Below the pieces are notes generated by a model. That model did no database searches and was not told the origin of the DNA. It saw only the letters and a list, made by a program, of their open reading frames with translations. From Podarcis pityusensis (taxonomy: Eukaryota): DNA of 64,000 nucleotides. The DNA lies in NCBI GenBank assembly GCA_964106645.2, contig OZ067039.1; one strand, 5' to 3'. Positions 11,601 to 23,300 of the stretch are shown piece by piece. Both the position numbers and the translations under genes were made by a program. How positions within the stretch are numbered: position 1 is the stretch's first letter; each line of letters opens with the position of its first letter.

Positions 11601-13585
11601 ACTTTCCAATCTACACATTAGTCCAGGAAGTCAGGTTGGCTTGCAGTGGAATTCACAGGAATTTAATTCCTCAGAACTACGGATCTGAGGCATAGGATCC
11701 TGTTCCTTAAGTGGATGTGGACTGATAAAAGTACATGCCTGGACAGCAGGTGCCAGGAGCCCCATTTCAGGCCACAGAGAGTTTCCTGAAGGAGTTGTGA
11801 GATACAGATACAAAAAGTAAAACCTTTGCACCTCTCGCTGCCTTTTGGGTGGCCTGCAAGTTGAAGCTTCTGCTTGACGCCGTTCATCTCTTTTTGCCAT
11901 AGGAGGATTTCTTTTATGAAGACACAGACCTGCTCTGCACAAAACTGAAAGCCCTGGCCACAGACAGCAACAAGTACAGAGCCAAGACCGACCGGCGCAA
12001 GCAGCGCTCCATCTTCCGCGATGTGCTGCATTTCATTGAGGTGCCTTGCCTGGCTCATGCCGCCCTTGCCTAGTTCAGAAGAGGGCTCCTCCCTCCGCAT
12101 TGCTTCAACCCTTAGATTTCCCAGAAGAACAAGGCGCAGGGACGTGAGGGCCTTTATAGAATTGCACTCCTTTAACTCCAGCTTTGTGATGCACAGGCTG
12201 TGACTGTTCTGAGGGAAAATGCACTCTGTGCATGTTTAAGAGGCATTCTCCTCTTTTTTTTTGCCCCCATAATGTTTCACGTGTTCCAACCTTATGACCT
12301 GGTGTTCAAAATCTGTCTCAGATTAAAGCTCTGGGCTTACCCTCATGTTCCTGGAAAGGGAGGAAGGGAGCCTGTCAGTAGAGGGTTTTCTCTGTGAGCA
12401 CTTAGAGCAGCTCTGCTGTCCTGCTTTCCAGGGCATAGTATCCATGAAACTCTCTGTGGTAGGCACTGGGGTAGTGCTGGTGCTTGCATGAAATGCCTGT
12501 GAGTGGCTTTCTTCTGCTGTGAGGTAGCGTCCATGAAGCTACCACTTTTAAGCAGTAAGAGAGACAACATGGTGCTGAGCTTTGCTCGTGAGATGTGGGG
12601 TGAGATGAACTTCCGCTCTCTCTTTCTCTACGGAGTCTCCAGCTGCCTTTTCTTCTCTGCTCCAGAATGGGGAGTGCCATGAGGAGACGATCAAGTTTGG
12701 ACTGGAGTGTATGTATGTGGACAGCTGGGCAAGGAGGAGAACATACAATGCCTTCAAAGAGGCTCTTGGCTCTGGGGTCAGACACCACCTTCAGGTAAGG
12801 GCAGAAGAGTCCATGTGGGGCTCATAAGGTTTATTCCTTGCCTTTGTGCTGGTCTACCTGGGCTGCTGCACCCTCAGTTCCGAGATTTCCCACCTAATGG
12901 GTGTTGTTGTCTTGCCCACAGAACAACGAGCTCCTGCGTGAGATATTTGAGCTGGGCCCCCCGCTAGTGCTGGATGCTGCAGCTATTAAAGCCAGCAAGA
13001 TATCACGTTTTGAGAAGGTACGTCAGCGGTGCTCCTAGTATTTCTGCTACCGTTAGCTCCCTTGCTTTGCTTTGTTAAGTTTCAATGTTTTTTTCTTCTC
13101 TACAACACCAGCAAACCTGTGTGCATCTTTCCCCACCAATGATAGCCTATTTCCAAGTAACAACCTTTAGGTTATGTGACCACTCTGGCCCTCAAGAGAA
13201 ATGTGCAGTGGCAAAGCCAGATTATGGTTGAAATGCAAGTCTTCAGATGGTGTGGAGGTGTGTGTTTTAGGCAGGGGGTGAGGGTGTGTGTGAATGTAAT
13301 ATAATAAAACCAGGTGCTGGGGGGAAAGGAGAGGGGGTTCTTGCCGTGCCTGTGAATGCCCTTGAGGCATGGCTAGCAACTTCTGCAGACGCAATGTTGG
13401 ACTACATGTCTCTTTTGGTCTGATTTGGCAGAGTTTTTCTGATGTTCCCCCAGCTAATTTCCCCCTCTGTCTCTCTTTCTTTTCTCTTTCTGCATCCCCA
13501 CCAGCACCTCTACAACTCGGCTGCTTTCAAGGCCCGGACGAAAGCAAGGAGCCGTGTTCGAGATAAGCGAGCCGACGTCCTTTGA
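5572..13585 (+). CDS. IFRD2: Interferon-related developmental regulator 2, coding exons 2-12 (5'-partial). join(5572-5688,6680-6764,7624-7748,8797-8954,9111-9161,10350-10531,10684-10789,11903-12040,12666-12794,12922-13017,13505-13585)
   Basis: All introns GT-AG with consistent phases. Spliced frame is open to TGA at 13583-13585. Motifs SDDEAASE, KTRQ.ALESLRLA, NLRI.AGETIALLFELARD, LATDSNKYRAK and C-terminal KARTKARSRVRDKRADVL match IFRD2. Synteny with HYAL3/LSMEM2 favours IFRD2 over IFRD1. Confidence 0.95.
6680..6764 (+). CDS. IFRD2: IFRD2 exon 3
   Basis: ccacag|GAGGT...AAGAG|gtgagg; GEAVDEQAQQEEVEDKLKECIDNVMDK. Confidence 0.9.
7624..7748 (+). CDS. IFRD2: IFRD2 exon 4
   Basis: ttccag|TGCC...AAAG|gtgggt; AKTRQVALESLRLAFSSKTLFDFLLERRLTVTDSLEKCLKK. 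Confidence 0.93.
8797..8954 (+). CDS. IFRD2: IFRD2 exon 5
   Basis: tctcag|GTAAAG...AAGT|gtgagt; KGEEQSLAATVLTLLCLQMGSGPEGEEVFRSLKPLL...ASPVARQS. Confidence 0.93.
9111..9161 (+). CDS. IFRD2: IFRD2 exon 6
   Basis: cggtag|TGT...GAG|gtaact; CATALGMCCYIAAADME. Confidence 0.92.
9262..9496. mobile_element. Non-autonomous hAT element, short 'empty' member of the 564-1404 family
   Basis: 5' ~75 bp nearly identical to 564-638. 3' part (GATTCCCGGACCGTCC...CCTTATTTTGTCTACTCATG) matches 1334-1404. No clear TSD. Confidence 0.8.
10350..10531 (+). CDS. IFRD2: IFRD2 exon 7
   Basis: cttcag|GAC...ACAA|gtgagt; DLVSCLACLEGIF...ALQSWSLLLTICPSTQIKKILD. Confidence 0.93.
10684..10789 (+). CDS. IFRD2: IFRD2 exon 8
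   Basis: ctacag|TCAC...GAG|gtagga; HLPKLPLMLSSDNVNLRIVAGETIALLFELARDME. Confidence 0.93.
11903..12040 (+). CDS. IFRD2: IFRD2 exon 9
   Basis: ccatag|GAG...GAG|gtgcct; EDFFYEDTDLLCTKLKALATDSNKYRAKTDRRKQRSIFRDVLHFIE. Confidence 0.93.
12666..12794 (+). CDS. IFRD2: IFRD2 exon 10
   Basis: ctccag|AAT...CAG|gtaagg; NGECHEETIKFGLECMYVDSWARRRTYNAFKEALGSGVRHHLQ. Confidence 0.93.
12922..13017 (+). CDS. IFRD2: IFRD2 exon 11
   Basis: ccacag|AAC...AAG|gtacgt; NNELLREIFELGPPLVLDAAAIKASKISRFEK. Confidence 0.93.
13505..13585 (+). CDS. IFRD2: IFRD2 exon 12 (terminal coding part)
   Basis: caccag|CAC...TGA; HLYNSAAFKARTKARSRVRDKRADVL*. Confidence 0.93.
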   Translation, partial: HLYNSAAFKARTKARSRVRDKRADVL

Positions 13586-15188
13586 GGGAGGCTTGTTTCC
13601 TCCTCCTCCTGCTGCTGCTGCTGCTGCCGCCTTCCGTGCAAGCCAATGCGCTACAGACCTGGAACACTGTGAACCTTGTGGGTGGAGGGAGAGCCTGTGG
13701 CAAAGGAGCCCTGTTGCCTTCGCTCTTTACGAAAGCTGGGCTTGTGCCATGCCCCCCTCTGCTTCCCCACCATTGTCTGGGGGCTTTTATATATGTACAG
13801 AATAATATTTAAATGTCTCGAATGTTTGAATCGTGGCGGGGTGGCAATGGGCAGGTGCCATTTTTATTTTTTTAACCAAAAAAAAAAAAATCTAAGCGAG
13901 GTTGGGTATTGGGGAGGCTTATTTTTTCTCCCCACTGCTTTTTTAAGCCAGTGATTCTTTTTTCTAAAAGCCCCATCTTTCTCCCTGTCTCTGATGCTGA
14001 ACACATCCTGCAGTTGCCGTTGCAGTGTGCGCAGTGAAATCAAGGACTAGATCTTCCCACCCCCTTCCACGGTGAGAACTTCCAGTGAGGTACCCAGTGC
14101 AGGAGGCTGGCTTAGTTGTAAGGCTAAAGACTGCAGTTGTCCAGGATGGAGGTGGCGAAAGTACCGGCTTGAGGTTTGGTGCCTTGGGTTCTTCCCCTCC
14201 AGTGTTGAAGATACTTTGCCTTTGGGTTGAATGAAATGTACACTAGAAATCAGTGTGGTTGTTTATTAAAGGCTGGGCTGACAGCACCATGAAAGGGGCT
14301 GTACCTCTTCTCTGCTCATGCAGCTGCTATTTTTCGCAGCCCTCTCTATGACACCCTGCCCAACACTGTCTTTAATTCTGTTCTCTCACGTGATTATAAC
14401 ACTCAGTTTTGCTCCGCACTTGCATGGCTGCTGCTTCTCTTTTCTTCTTCTTTGATGGCAGAATGAAAAGCCAGCAAAAGCCTCAGGGCAAAGAAAGGGC
14501 CTGTCCTCTGGCCATCCTGGCAAAGCTCCTCTTCATAGTGGGGCATGTTCCCCTGTTGTAGGAGAAGGGTCCTGTGGCTGATTTGGCTGGTGTAAAGTTG
14601 GTGTGTGGTGCTTTGCCCTGCTCAGTGGGCCCTCCTGCCTTCAGAAAGCTGAATTCTGTAAGCATATATTGCATAATTTATTTTAAGTCTGCTATGTGGT
14701 GGTGGTGGTGAGCTATACAGGGGCCCCATTACTTTGACAGCTGCAATTCTTGCTATCCCTCATCATTTTTTGCAAAGCATGGTCTACGTGCTTCCTCTTT
14801 TGTGCAGCTGTAAAGATTGATATCCAGATTAATATATAATAGGAGTGATCTGGACCAGCTAGTTGTATTATGTTTCCACTGATTTCAGCGCGGCTTAGGT
14901 GAAACTAACTTAGTTTGGATCAGATCCTGTATAAATATATACTATGCTTGTGTTCTCTCTTTCATTCACATACTTCTACATATTCTTAGGAGGTTGAATT
15001 CTGTGCCTAAAGTTAGTCTGTGTTTGTGCAGTGCTCACTTGCACAGAATCCTAGCCTTGCACTTGAGTACCAGGAAATCAGCAAATGGAGGAATCTGGCA
15101 GTATGAAGAACTGCTGCTCACCATTTTGCTTCCCTCATTTGGCTTCTCTGTAATGTATTTTGGGGGATTTTGTCATCACAAATAGGAT

Positions 15189-15190
<2 letters not shown>

Positions 15191-15234
<44 letters not shown>

Positions 15235-15266
15235 TTATATATTTATATATATATATACACACATAC
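15191..15266. repeat. Compound microsatellite (GT)n(AT)n(AC)n
   Basis: Directly visible dinucleotide runs. Confidence 0.9.
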
Positions 15267-16459
15267 ATAGCTTCAAACCTTTGCTGTCCAGACTGGAGAC
15301 ATAGCACATCATCGTCACAGAGCAAAGTTAATGGAAAGTACGTGTTATCTCCTGGTACCTTTCTCTGTTGATCTCTGAAACACATTGCCTCATTTTCATA
15401 GTGTTGTCAGCAGAAAATGCCCACGTTGGCCTATTTGGCTTTAAATCAAGAGAAAATATTAAACATAAAGTGGTAGGTAAAAAGCCATATTCCTATCAAC
15501 ATGACCTCATCAGCAGTGGTGTATGGGCATAGAACTTATGTCTGGGGGTTCAAGAGTTGCAAGCTTCATAGATATTTGCAGAATTAACCAGGAGTGTCCT
15601 GTTGTGCGTCCTGCAGTTCAGGAGTTGTGCCGTGCCTTTCCTTCCCATACATTCTCCGACTCCAGCTGAGTTGTGCAGATCTGTACAATGAATTCATGCA
15701 TTATTATTTATTAGGTTTGTTAGTCGCTTGCGATCTGAAGATCTCCAAGCGACTTACAGTACTTACCATGTGATATGTACCCCCATATCGCAAGACATCT
15801 TGCGTAGTTGTTCCCAGAAAGCAATTGCTCAAGAGGATTTGCCCTTGCCTAGTGCCAAACTGCAGGGTTGTCCTAACTCTTGTGGTTGGGCCACCTGGGA
15901 TTCTGCTGCTGGCTTCCTGCCATTCTTTTTACTCCAGGTTCAGTTGTGAACTTTGGGGCTGGTGCATCAAAGCAGGGAGTCTATATGTCTGCATTGCTAT
16001 GACTGTAGTTAGAATCAGAGTGTAGAATTCGGATAATTTCAGCTATCCCTTTTTGTTTTAAAATAAAATCTAGCTGCCTTGAAGAACAGATTGGGACCAT
16101 ACACCCATTTTTTCCTTCAGAAACAGTCTTGGAAAACGAGTATCGGGAATCCTGGGCACTGTCAAGTGGGGGGGAATTAGGCACTAATTAAGGAAAGGGC
16201 ATGCTCATATGTCACATTTACATGTAATTGTTCAACAAAAGCAAGGTATTATGGCTGCAGAGAGGTTTGACACGGGTAATTCGAGCTGCTTCCGTTTTAG
16301 CAGCCTGATAGAACACAAGGGTTCCTTCTGCTCTGCTCCAAGCCTAGTTTGTAGGCCGACGGTCCCTCTTCACCAGATAGAGCCTGGGCAGATTTTAGTG
16401 CTGATCAGCTGAAGAGAGAAGCACAGCTTGGCAAAGGAAGCCTGTGAGTTTCATCGTCA

Positions 16460-16465
16460 TTTATT
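16460..16465 (-). promoter_or_regulatory. Probable LSMEM2 polyadenylation signal AATAAA
   Basis: TTTATT on + strand, about 380 bp past the LSMEM2 stop. Confidence 0.55.
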
Positions 16466-16842
16466 AAAACATTTCGGCAAAGGTGCCCCATGGGCAACGA
16501 TTAAAAGGTGGGTATAAAGTAGAGCAACATAGTGCAAATAAGGTACTGAAAATAGTGCTCAAATAAAAGCAAAAGAGTATCTGAGGCGCTGAGGAAAGGC
16601 CCTCTGCATCAGTATCTTCCTGTCCCTCCTCTCTTCAGGCAGATTCCAGTCCTGCAGCCAGTGCTGCCCATAGGGCACATCAACCTCGGCAGCACCCCAC
16701 CAGTGAGTTGGGGGAGGTTGCTTAAAGGTTTGCATAATCTAGACCAACACATGTCCGTCCTCAACGTGCCAAGCGGTGAGTCAATTTTCCCATCCGGCTC
16801 CCCAAAGAAAATGTTTGCGGGGGGTTGAAAGGTAGGACTCTC

Positions 16843-16976
16843 TCAGGTTTGAAATCCTGAATCGCTGGCATTTAGCTGCCTCCATAGCTGTAAGCTCACA
16901 GCTCTCATTTCTCGGATGGCCTCCTCCTGGGACTCCAGCCACTGGGCAAGGACACGCAGTGACTCACGCTGCAAGA
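16843..16976 (-). CDS. LSMEM2: LSMEM2 last coding exon
   Basis: ctgcag|TCTTG...TGA; VLQRESLRVLAQWLESQEEAIREMRAVSLQLWRQLNASDSGFQT*. Confidence 0.88.
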
Positions 16977-19261
16977 CTGCAGAGAGGAGAAGCAGAAACC
17001 ACGTGACTAAACAGCCTCTCCGTTTTATTATTTGAAGAAATGTATCGCAGGCACTGTAACTTTCACCATTTTGACACTCATTCTCAAGAGCAGTTTACCA
17101 CCAGGCACATCAGACTCGTACGTTGCCTTGCTAAGAGCGAACTGAGGAGCTCTTCTGCCAATATAAATTGTCTGAAATATTTTACAGACAGAATGTTGAT
17201 GAAGCAGCACTATGGGAGTCGTCACCAGAGCGGTGAGGGAGCAAACTTGTTCTCTGGTTCAGTTTGAGGGACCCCATTACATAGAGAGGATTCCCCCAAA
17301 TCCAGAGGCCACAGAGGACAATCCTAATGCTGGAGATTACATACCTTGGTTTATATTATTATTGGACCTCAATAAATAACTCAATACCATACTTCCCGTT
17401 CAGGCGATCTGTAAACGGCCCTAATATCCTCAGATGAAGGGTGGTATATAAATTTAATAAATAATTCTGGTGACAGACTCCTTCATCAACAGCCACTTTG
17501 TAGGGATGCTGTAGTGGTTTTCCTGCTTAAGCCAAGGGCTGGACTACATGGTCAATTGTGGTGCCATCAAGGGACCCCAAGAGTCCTCTCGTCCAACCCC
17601 CTGCAAATTCTAAGGCCCACTAGCTGAGGGGCAGCAGTCCTCTGGTAACTAAAGGGTGGTTTGGAAAAACTTCCTATTGCATTGGTCAAGAGTACTTCAC
17701 ACTGGACTTCAGCATAATCCGTTTCAGTCTGGGGATACTGCTTTTTAGCATGTCCTTAGGTCACATCTGTGGCAGACCCTTCGCAAAATGTAAGCTGAGG
17801 TATAGCTTCCTGGAAAGCTGGATGTGAGAACAATAAGTTTACAACAGTTGCATCCTTAGAAGTGGATGGGTGAGAATTCAAGTGCCCAAGGGGAACAGGC
17901 TGGATTCTGTACCCCACAAAGTAATGGCTCAGGATCTGTGGTGTATATATGCATTTGGAAATTTGACAGAAAGTGCTGTGGATTCCACAGAATGGGGTGC
18001 CGTTTGAGCTACTGTTTTAAGCCTATGTTTTTCAGTGGATGCCCAAATAACTTACCTGTTTTATGGTACTTTCTCCTGCATTGCCCAGAAGAACCACTAT
18101 GGGGCATGATAGGTCCTCAGTTTCCTACCACCCACGTTTCATCTTGCATACGGTCTGTTACCTGGGACTGGCCAGATGAAAATACTTGGGTCCCACAGAG
18201 CCACCCTCTTCCCTGGCCCCCATGGTGGTAGGTACCAGTTCCCACCAGGAGCTCCTTATTGTCAAGAATGGCCCACCAGACCCTGAACCTACCACTCAGA
18301 TACACGGCCAATGTGGCTAGGCCAAGGCTGGCCACTACGAGCACCCCGAGGAGAGCAAAGAAGCTTGCAGGGCAACATGTCGGACTGAAGCAAGGGCAGC
18401 AGGTGAAAGCAGGGAGGAGATGGAGATTCTGGACAGGTAGAAAGGACGTGTCCTCTTCGTTTGGGAAAGTGAAATGTTTGGAGGAAGTGCTGTGAGGAGT
18501 CCATGGGCTGTTGGGCTGAGATGGGCTGCCCCCTGGAAAAGAAGGATGGAGAGAGAGAGGAATGAGCAGGAGTAGGGAAGCAGCCACTGTTGATTTATAT
18601 TAGGCTGGGGGGGGGCTCATGTCTAGGGCCTCAAACTGCCCCCTTAGACCTCTGGCTGACACTTGGGGCTTTCCCCAGGCCACAGCCCTCATAGGTTCCT
18701 CAAGTTCTTTTATCTTGTGTCCTTGAACTGTTGTCAATGCCTTGCTTACCTGGATCAAAGGACTGAGAGGTGTGTGAGAGGAGGTGTCGAAACCTCTGAC
18801 TTCTGCAAGACTGGAATATAGCCTGCTTTACACAGGTAAGAGTCGCATCCTCTGCTCTGCCCACTTCTGCCTCTGCCACTCTCACCCTGTGCACCGCCTG
18901 CTGGTTGCCCATGAGGAAATGTGGCCTTTGGGCTGAAAAAGTTTCCCCACCCATATTAGCCCATGTAATAGCCCAGCGCCAGCTCAGCTCACAGTGTCCT
19001 GTTTTCATGGGGAAAGCTCATTACTGGTCTGGGGTCTTCTTCCTACTGCTTCCTACTGCTGTTTAGTTACTCTGGGCACTCATGAGGTTGCTTGAGTTCA
19101 ACTCGGGGTGCTGGGTACTACATACCTTCTGAGACCCTGCCACTCTCACGTCCGCCAGATGCATAATGCAGGTCACTGATGGACTCTACCGCGTGCAAGT
19201 TTATTTCTGCCATGCCATTTTCAATGAGTTCCCTGTCGGAGGAAGCGGCATCCTTCGCCAT
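16843..19261 (-). CDS. LSMEM2: Leucine-rich single-pass membrane protein 2, ~169 aa. complement(join(16843-16976,18293-18532,19126-19261))
   Basis: EINLHAVESISDLH (recalled human EVCLHQVESISDLH), TM segment FFALLGVLVVASLGLATLAVYLS, then VLQRESLRVLAQWLESQEE (human VLQSESLRILAHTLRTQEE). GT-AG phase-1 introns and Kozak ACACCATGG. An additional upstream coding exon is possible. Confidence 0.88.
18293..18532 (-). CDS. LSMEM2: LSMEM2 middle coding exon (TM helix)
   Basis: tttccag|GG...AGTG|gtaggt; Cys-rich CCPCFSPTCCP followed by the hydrophobic helix. Confidence 0.87.
19126..19261 (-). CDS. LSMEM2: LSMEM2 first identified coding exon
   Basis: tgtgcag|ACACCATGG...GAAG|gtatgt; MAKDAASSDRELIENGMAEINLHAVESISDLHYASGGRESGRVSE. 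Confidence 0.82.
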
Positions 19262-20190
19262 GGTGTCTGCACAGGAAAGAGTGGTTTGGCATATGAGAGG
19301 TGGAAGTGCGTCACTGCTATTTTCTTCAGTAAGAAATAAGGCTTTCCTAGAAAAGACCTGATGCTCTGCTAGTGCAGGGGGATAAGAGCCTCCCTTCCCC
19401 CACTCTCCAGTCTCCATTCACTCTCTCCACCATCCCACCAAGTCTTTTAGGTAGATACCAAAGAAGCCCCTCCCCGTTATCTGTTCTCTTAACAATTGTC
19501 ATTTTTCTAGAGCTGCTCTAGTCATTTTTCTAGAGCTCCTGTGTGCTTTCTGTTGTTATACTTGCTGGTATGTTTGATGCGACGGCTCTGCCTTTACCCA
19601 TGTTGTGTGAGATGAGGCCCTGAGAGACAGTAACTAGCAAAGATTTACATTCCCCACCCACTCGGGTTCTTGTGAGCCTGAGACCATCTTCCATTACCAA
19701 TTGGCTGAGACAGCTGAAGCCGCCCCCCCCCGACTTTAATACTTCAGATTCTGCCACTTAAGAGAATATGCACCACTTACCCTTGCTGTGTTTCTGCCCT
19801 TCCCCATTTAAACTGCTTAGCAGCACATCCAAGGACAGGATTTCCAGTGCCTCTTTAGCAGGGATGGAATCCTGGACAGTCTCCACTGTCCTATGTAATA
19901 AGCCCCTGTACCTTAATATAACCACTGGCCTCTTCCCATGGCCTGATTGTACACATACCATATGACCCAGAGGCACATTTGTCAAGCTGCAGAAACTGCA
20001 AGCCTGAGCTGTATATGTTGATGCTCTTGCTACCTGGCTGTCATTCCTTGCCTTTCGAAAAGCAGATTTATGCTTTCGCATATAGATCTTCCTAGTTACT
20101 GACTTTTTATTCATTTGCTTGTGTTTCTTTCTTTGTGCTTTCCCAAACTCTTTAATGGTGACACAGGTAAACATTCAACAGGTGAAGCCT

Positions 20191-20332
20191 ATCAGAGAAT
20201 TGTAGAATTGGAAGGGACTATGAAGATAATCTCTAGTCCAGCCCATTGCAACGCAGAAATCTTTTGCCCAACGTGGGGCTTGAATCCACAACCTTGAGAT
20301 TAAGAGTCTCATGCTCTACCAACTGGAGATAT
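20191..20332 (-). mobile_element. tRNA-Lys-derived SINE with CR1 tail (second copy)
   Basis: Similar to 2715-2860 (GAGATTAAGAGTCTCATGCTCTAC; GCCCAACGTGGGGCTTGAA). A tail-only piece also lies at 21848-21920. Confidence 0.78.
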
Positions 20333-23300
20333 AGACAACTTTGCCTGGGGAACAACTGCCTGTTAAATAGTAGCTGAAAGAACAACACTCTGCCAAGGTG
20401 GGGAAAGGACTAAGCTGGCAACCTTATCCTTAGCAGGAATGCTTCCCTGATTACAGAAGTGTTGCCAGCTAAATCATGGCTCAAATTTACAGGCACTTTG
20501 GGATCGTATCTTTCAAGGACACAAAGGACAACGCGGCCTAATTACACTTAGCACAGCAGTGTCACCTTTTCCCAGACAGGGAAAATACCTTTAATTACAG
20601 GCTAAGACAGAAATTCAACAGTGACATTCTCTCTGATTCTCTGCCAGAATAAAAAGGCCACAGTTGTGGAATTTCTCTTTGCTGACCATCTGTTAAAGGC
20701 ACAGTAGCAGCACTGGAAAAGTTCTTACACTTCCACATGTTTACCCAAAATTAGTTGTGCTGAGATTACATGTCTGAAATTAGTTTTGCGGGTGTGTTTT
20801 TTTTTGTGTGGCCATTTTTAAGCACGTTTTATAGGTGAAATAGGTGGGCTGTACACTACGCAAGTGCCTAGACAAAGAAAAGGCCATGTTAATTAATCAA
20901 AATAAAAGAGGTTAATTGTAGAATTGTAAAAGGCTACCATAAAAATGCTTTGGTTGAGTGGAGAAGAATGGTCCTTTCAATAAAAACATTGTGTGTGGGC
21001 CAAATTGCTACATGATGTTAATTGCTATAACACGGCCCTTAGATTGTGTTAGGGAGCAAACAACCATGTTAATTGATAATATGAACATGGTTGTAAAATG
21101 GAGTGGTTATTATAATCAGGGTGAATGACTATAAGAACTGAACTGAGGATTGAAATGGAAGGCATTCGTATGAAAGTTGGAAGCCTGTTACACATAGACA
21201 TAATTGCATGGCAGGAGGAGCCAGGCTACATTGCCTGATCTTGCCTGTAATACCTCACATCCCACCAACCCAGATCCCTATGTCCATGAGTTGAAAGCAG
21301 ACATCTGTAGAGGGATGCCTAGTCACACACAGTTGAACATTTATTTAATAGCATTTATGTACTACTTGGCTGTAAACAGAGCCTCTAGTCTAAGTGGTTT
21401 ACAAAAAGTAAAATTCTAAAGTTGTCAATAAAAGACAAGTTAAAAACGGGTATTTTGAAAATTCAAAATATAATTTTGGACTACATCTCCCATCATTCCT
21501 AGTTAGCAGGACCAGTAGTCAGAGTTGGGCATGTGATGGCAAGAGGGACACTTCATCCCTATATGTGGAGATTTTCTGAATAGTGCTTTGGTTGTGTCAG
21601 AATCAAAGAATATAAAGCATTTAGCTGTGGATTATACTTCAATGTGACTTGGATTGTGACATATATTTGCCAAGTTGTCATGGCAGGGTATTGGGAAAAG
21701 TTGGCAATTAGTAATAATTGTGCCTCGGATTAACCTTATTGGCTACGATACTGCCACTGTTCAAAGCTAATGGGACTTGGATTTACCTCAGCAGTAAAAA
21801 ACTAGTGCCTATGTCTGGGCTGTACCACTTCTGAATGCAAGGGGCACAGAATCATAGAACCGTAGAGATGGAAGGTACCCTGAGGATCATCTAGTCCAAC
21901 CCATTGCAATGCAGGAATCTCAGCGAAAGCATTTGTGACATGATGCACATCCTGTGTGTGTGTGCTTGTATGCATCATATATGTGCTTGTTCGCTTCCAT
22001 ACAGAAAGACTCCATGAAAAAGGTAAAACCAGATGTGAGGGAGAAGGGCTCCTTTTCACTGACATAACTAGCTTTCTGTGTGGAGGAAGGCCCACCACAG
22101 ATGTGTCTTCTGCCATGTGAGCTGCCCCTTCCTGAAACGGTAACAGTCCAGGCAGTACTGTTTGAGTTAAAACTGGGCCCACTTGCTGCCATATTTGCTA
22201 GACTGTGCAGAAAGATTCTGGTGGGATGTTGCAAACTGCCATTTTTATGCAGTTAACTTACATCTCAGCCTCCGGAAGTATTTTTCTCTTTGAACACCAA
22301 TTCCTTTGCTTTTAAAAGTAGTTTGTAACAAGTTTATTTGACTGATGTTCAAATGTTCATCTGGTTCTCATTGAACTTAGAGGATGTTTCTGATTCCGAC
22401 AAGGAGACACATTCACATCTGAGAGTGATGTTCTCATACAATCAAGCTCAGCTAGAGCTGGATGGGGTCCATTAACTATCCAGCTACATTTTGAGGGCCC
22501 ATCATATTTCCTGCAGCAATCGAGTTAAATAGGATCTTAAAATGTAACTTTGGCCTTTCTCCAATGTTCCCTTCAGTTGCTAGTTCCATATTACCCATGT
22601 ATCATTTCCACAGTGTGGAATGCAAGGAATACCAAGAAGCAGAACAAAGCTTTTGTTCCTAACTACAATTTAGGGCAGTCTTGCTTTCAACATTTCAATC
22701 ATCATGCAACAATGTGTTTGAATAGGCATGCAAAGAACTATTTTAGGGCGACATCTGTCTTCACTGTAGCTGAGTGAGCAGGAAGCAATTTTTAATTGCT
22801 TTAATTGAGAAGGAATTGTCTGTGTGAATCAGGTCCTATTGTCCTCTATTGGCAACTCAAGGGCAGGTCCTCTTGTAAAACACCACAATTGTATTATTTT
22901 GAAACCCTATGTGGTCTGTATATTTTGCTGCGTGGGCAGAGTCCTACAGCTGAAGCAGGTTTTATTGCTGAAGCAACAGAGGCAACACGCCACAAGGGTG
23001 ACTCCTACCCCTAGGTTATAGTAGTAAATAGGCCCACATGGTTGGGTAAAAGTGGAATCTTTCCTGAAGCAGCAAATGGGACTGCGGTGAGTAAATGGTA
23101 TGAGGGAGGCTTAGTGTTGGGGCTTGCACCGGGCTCTTCAATAAGCAGCCACCGCCTCTGAGTCAGGAGCCGGTCACTCTGACTGGACGGCACATGACAG
23201 GCTTCCATGACTTGGACCGAAGGCAGCAGGAGTGACTCAGCCATGTCTGAAGAAGTGTGCATGCACACGAAAGCTCATACCAGTAACAAACTTAGTTGGT

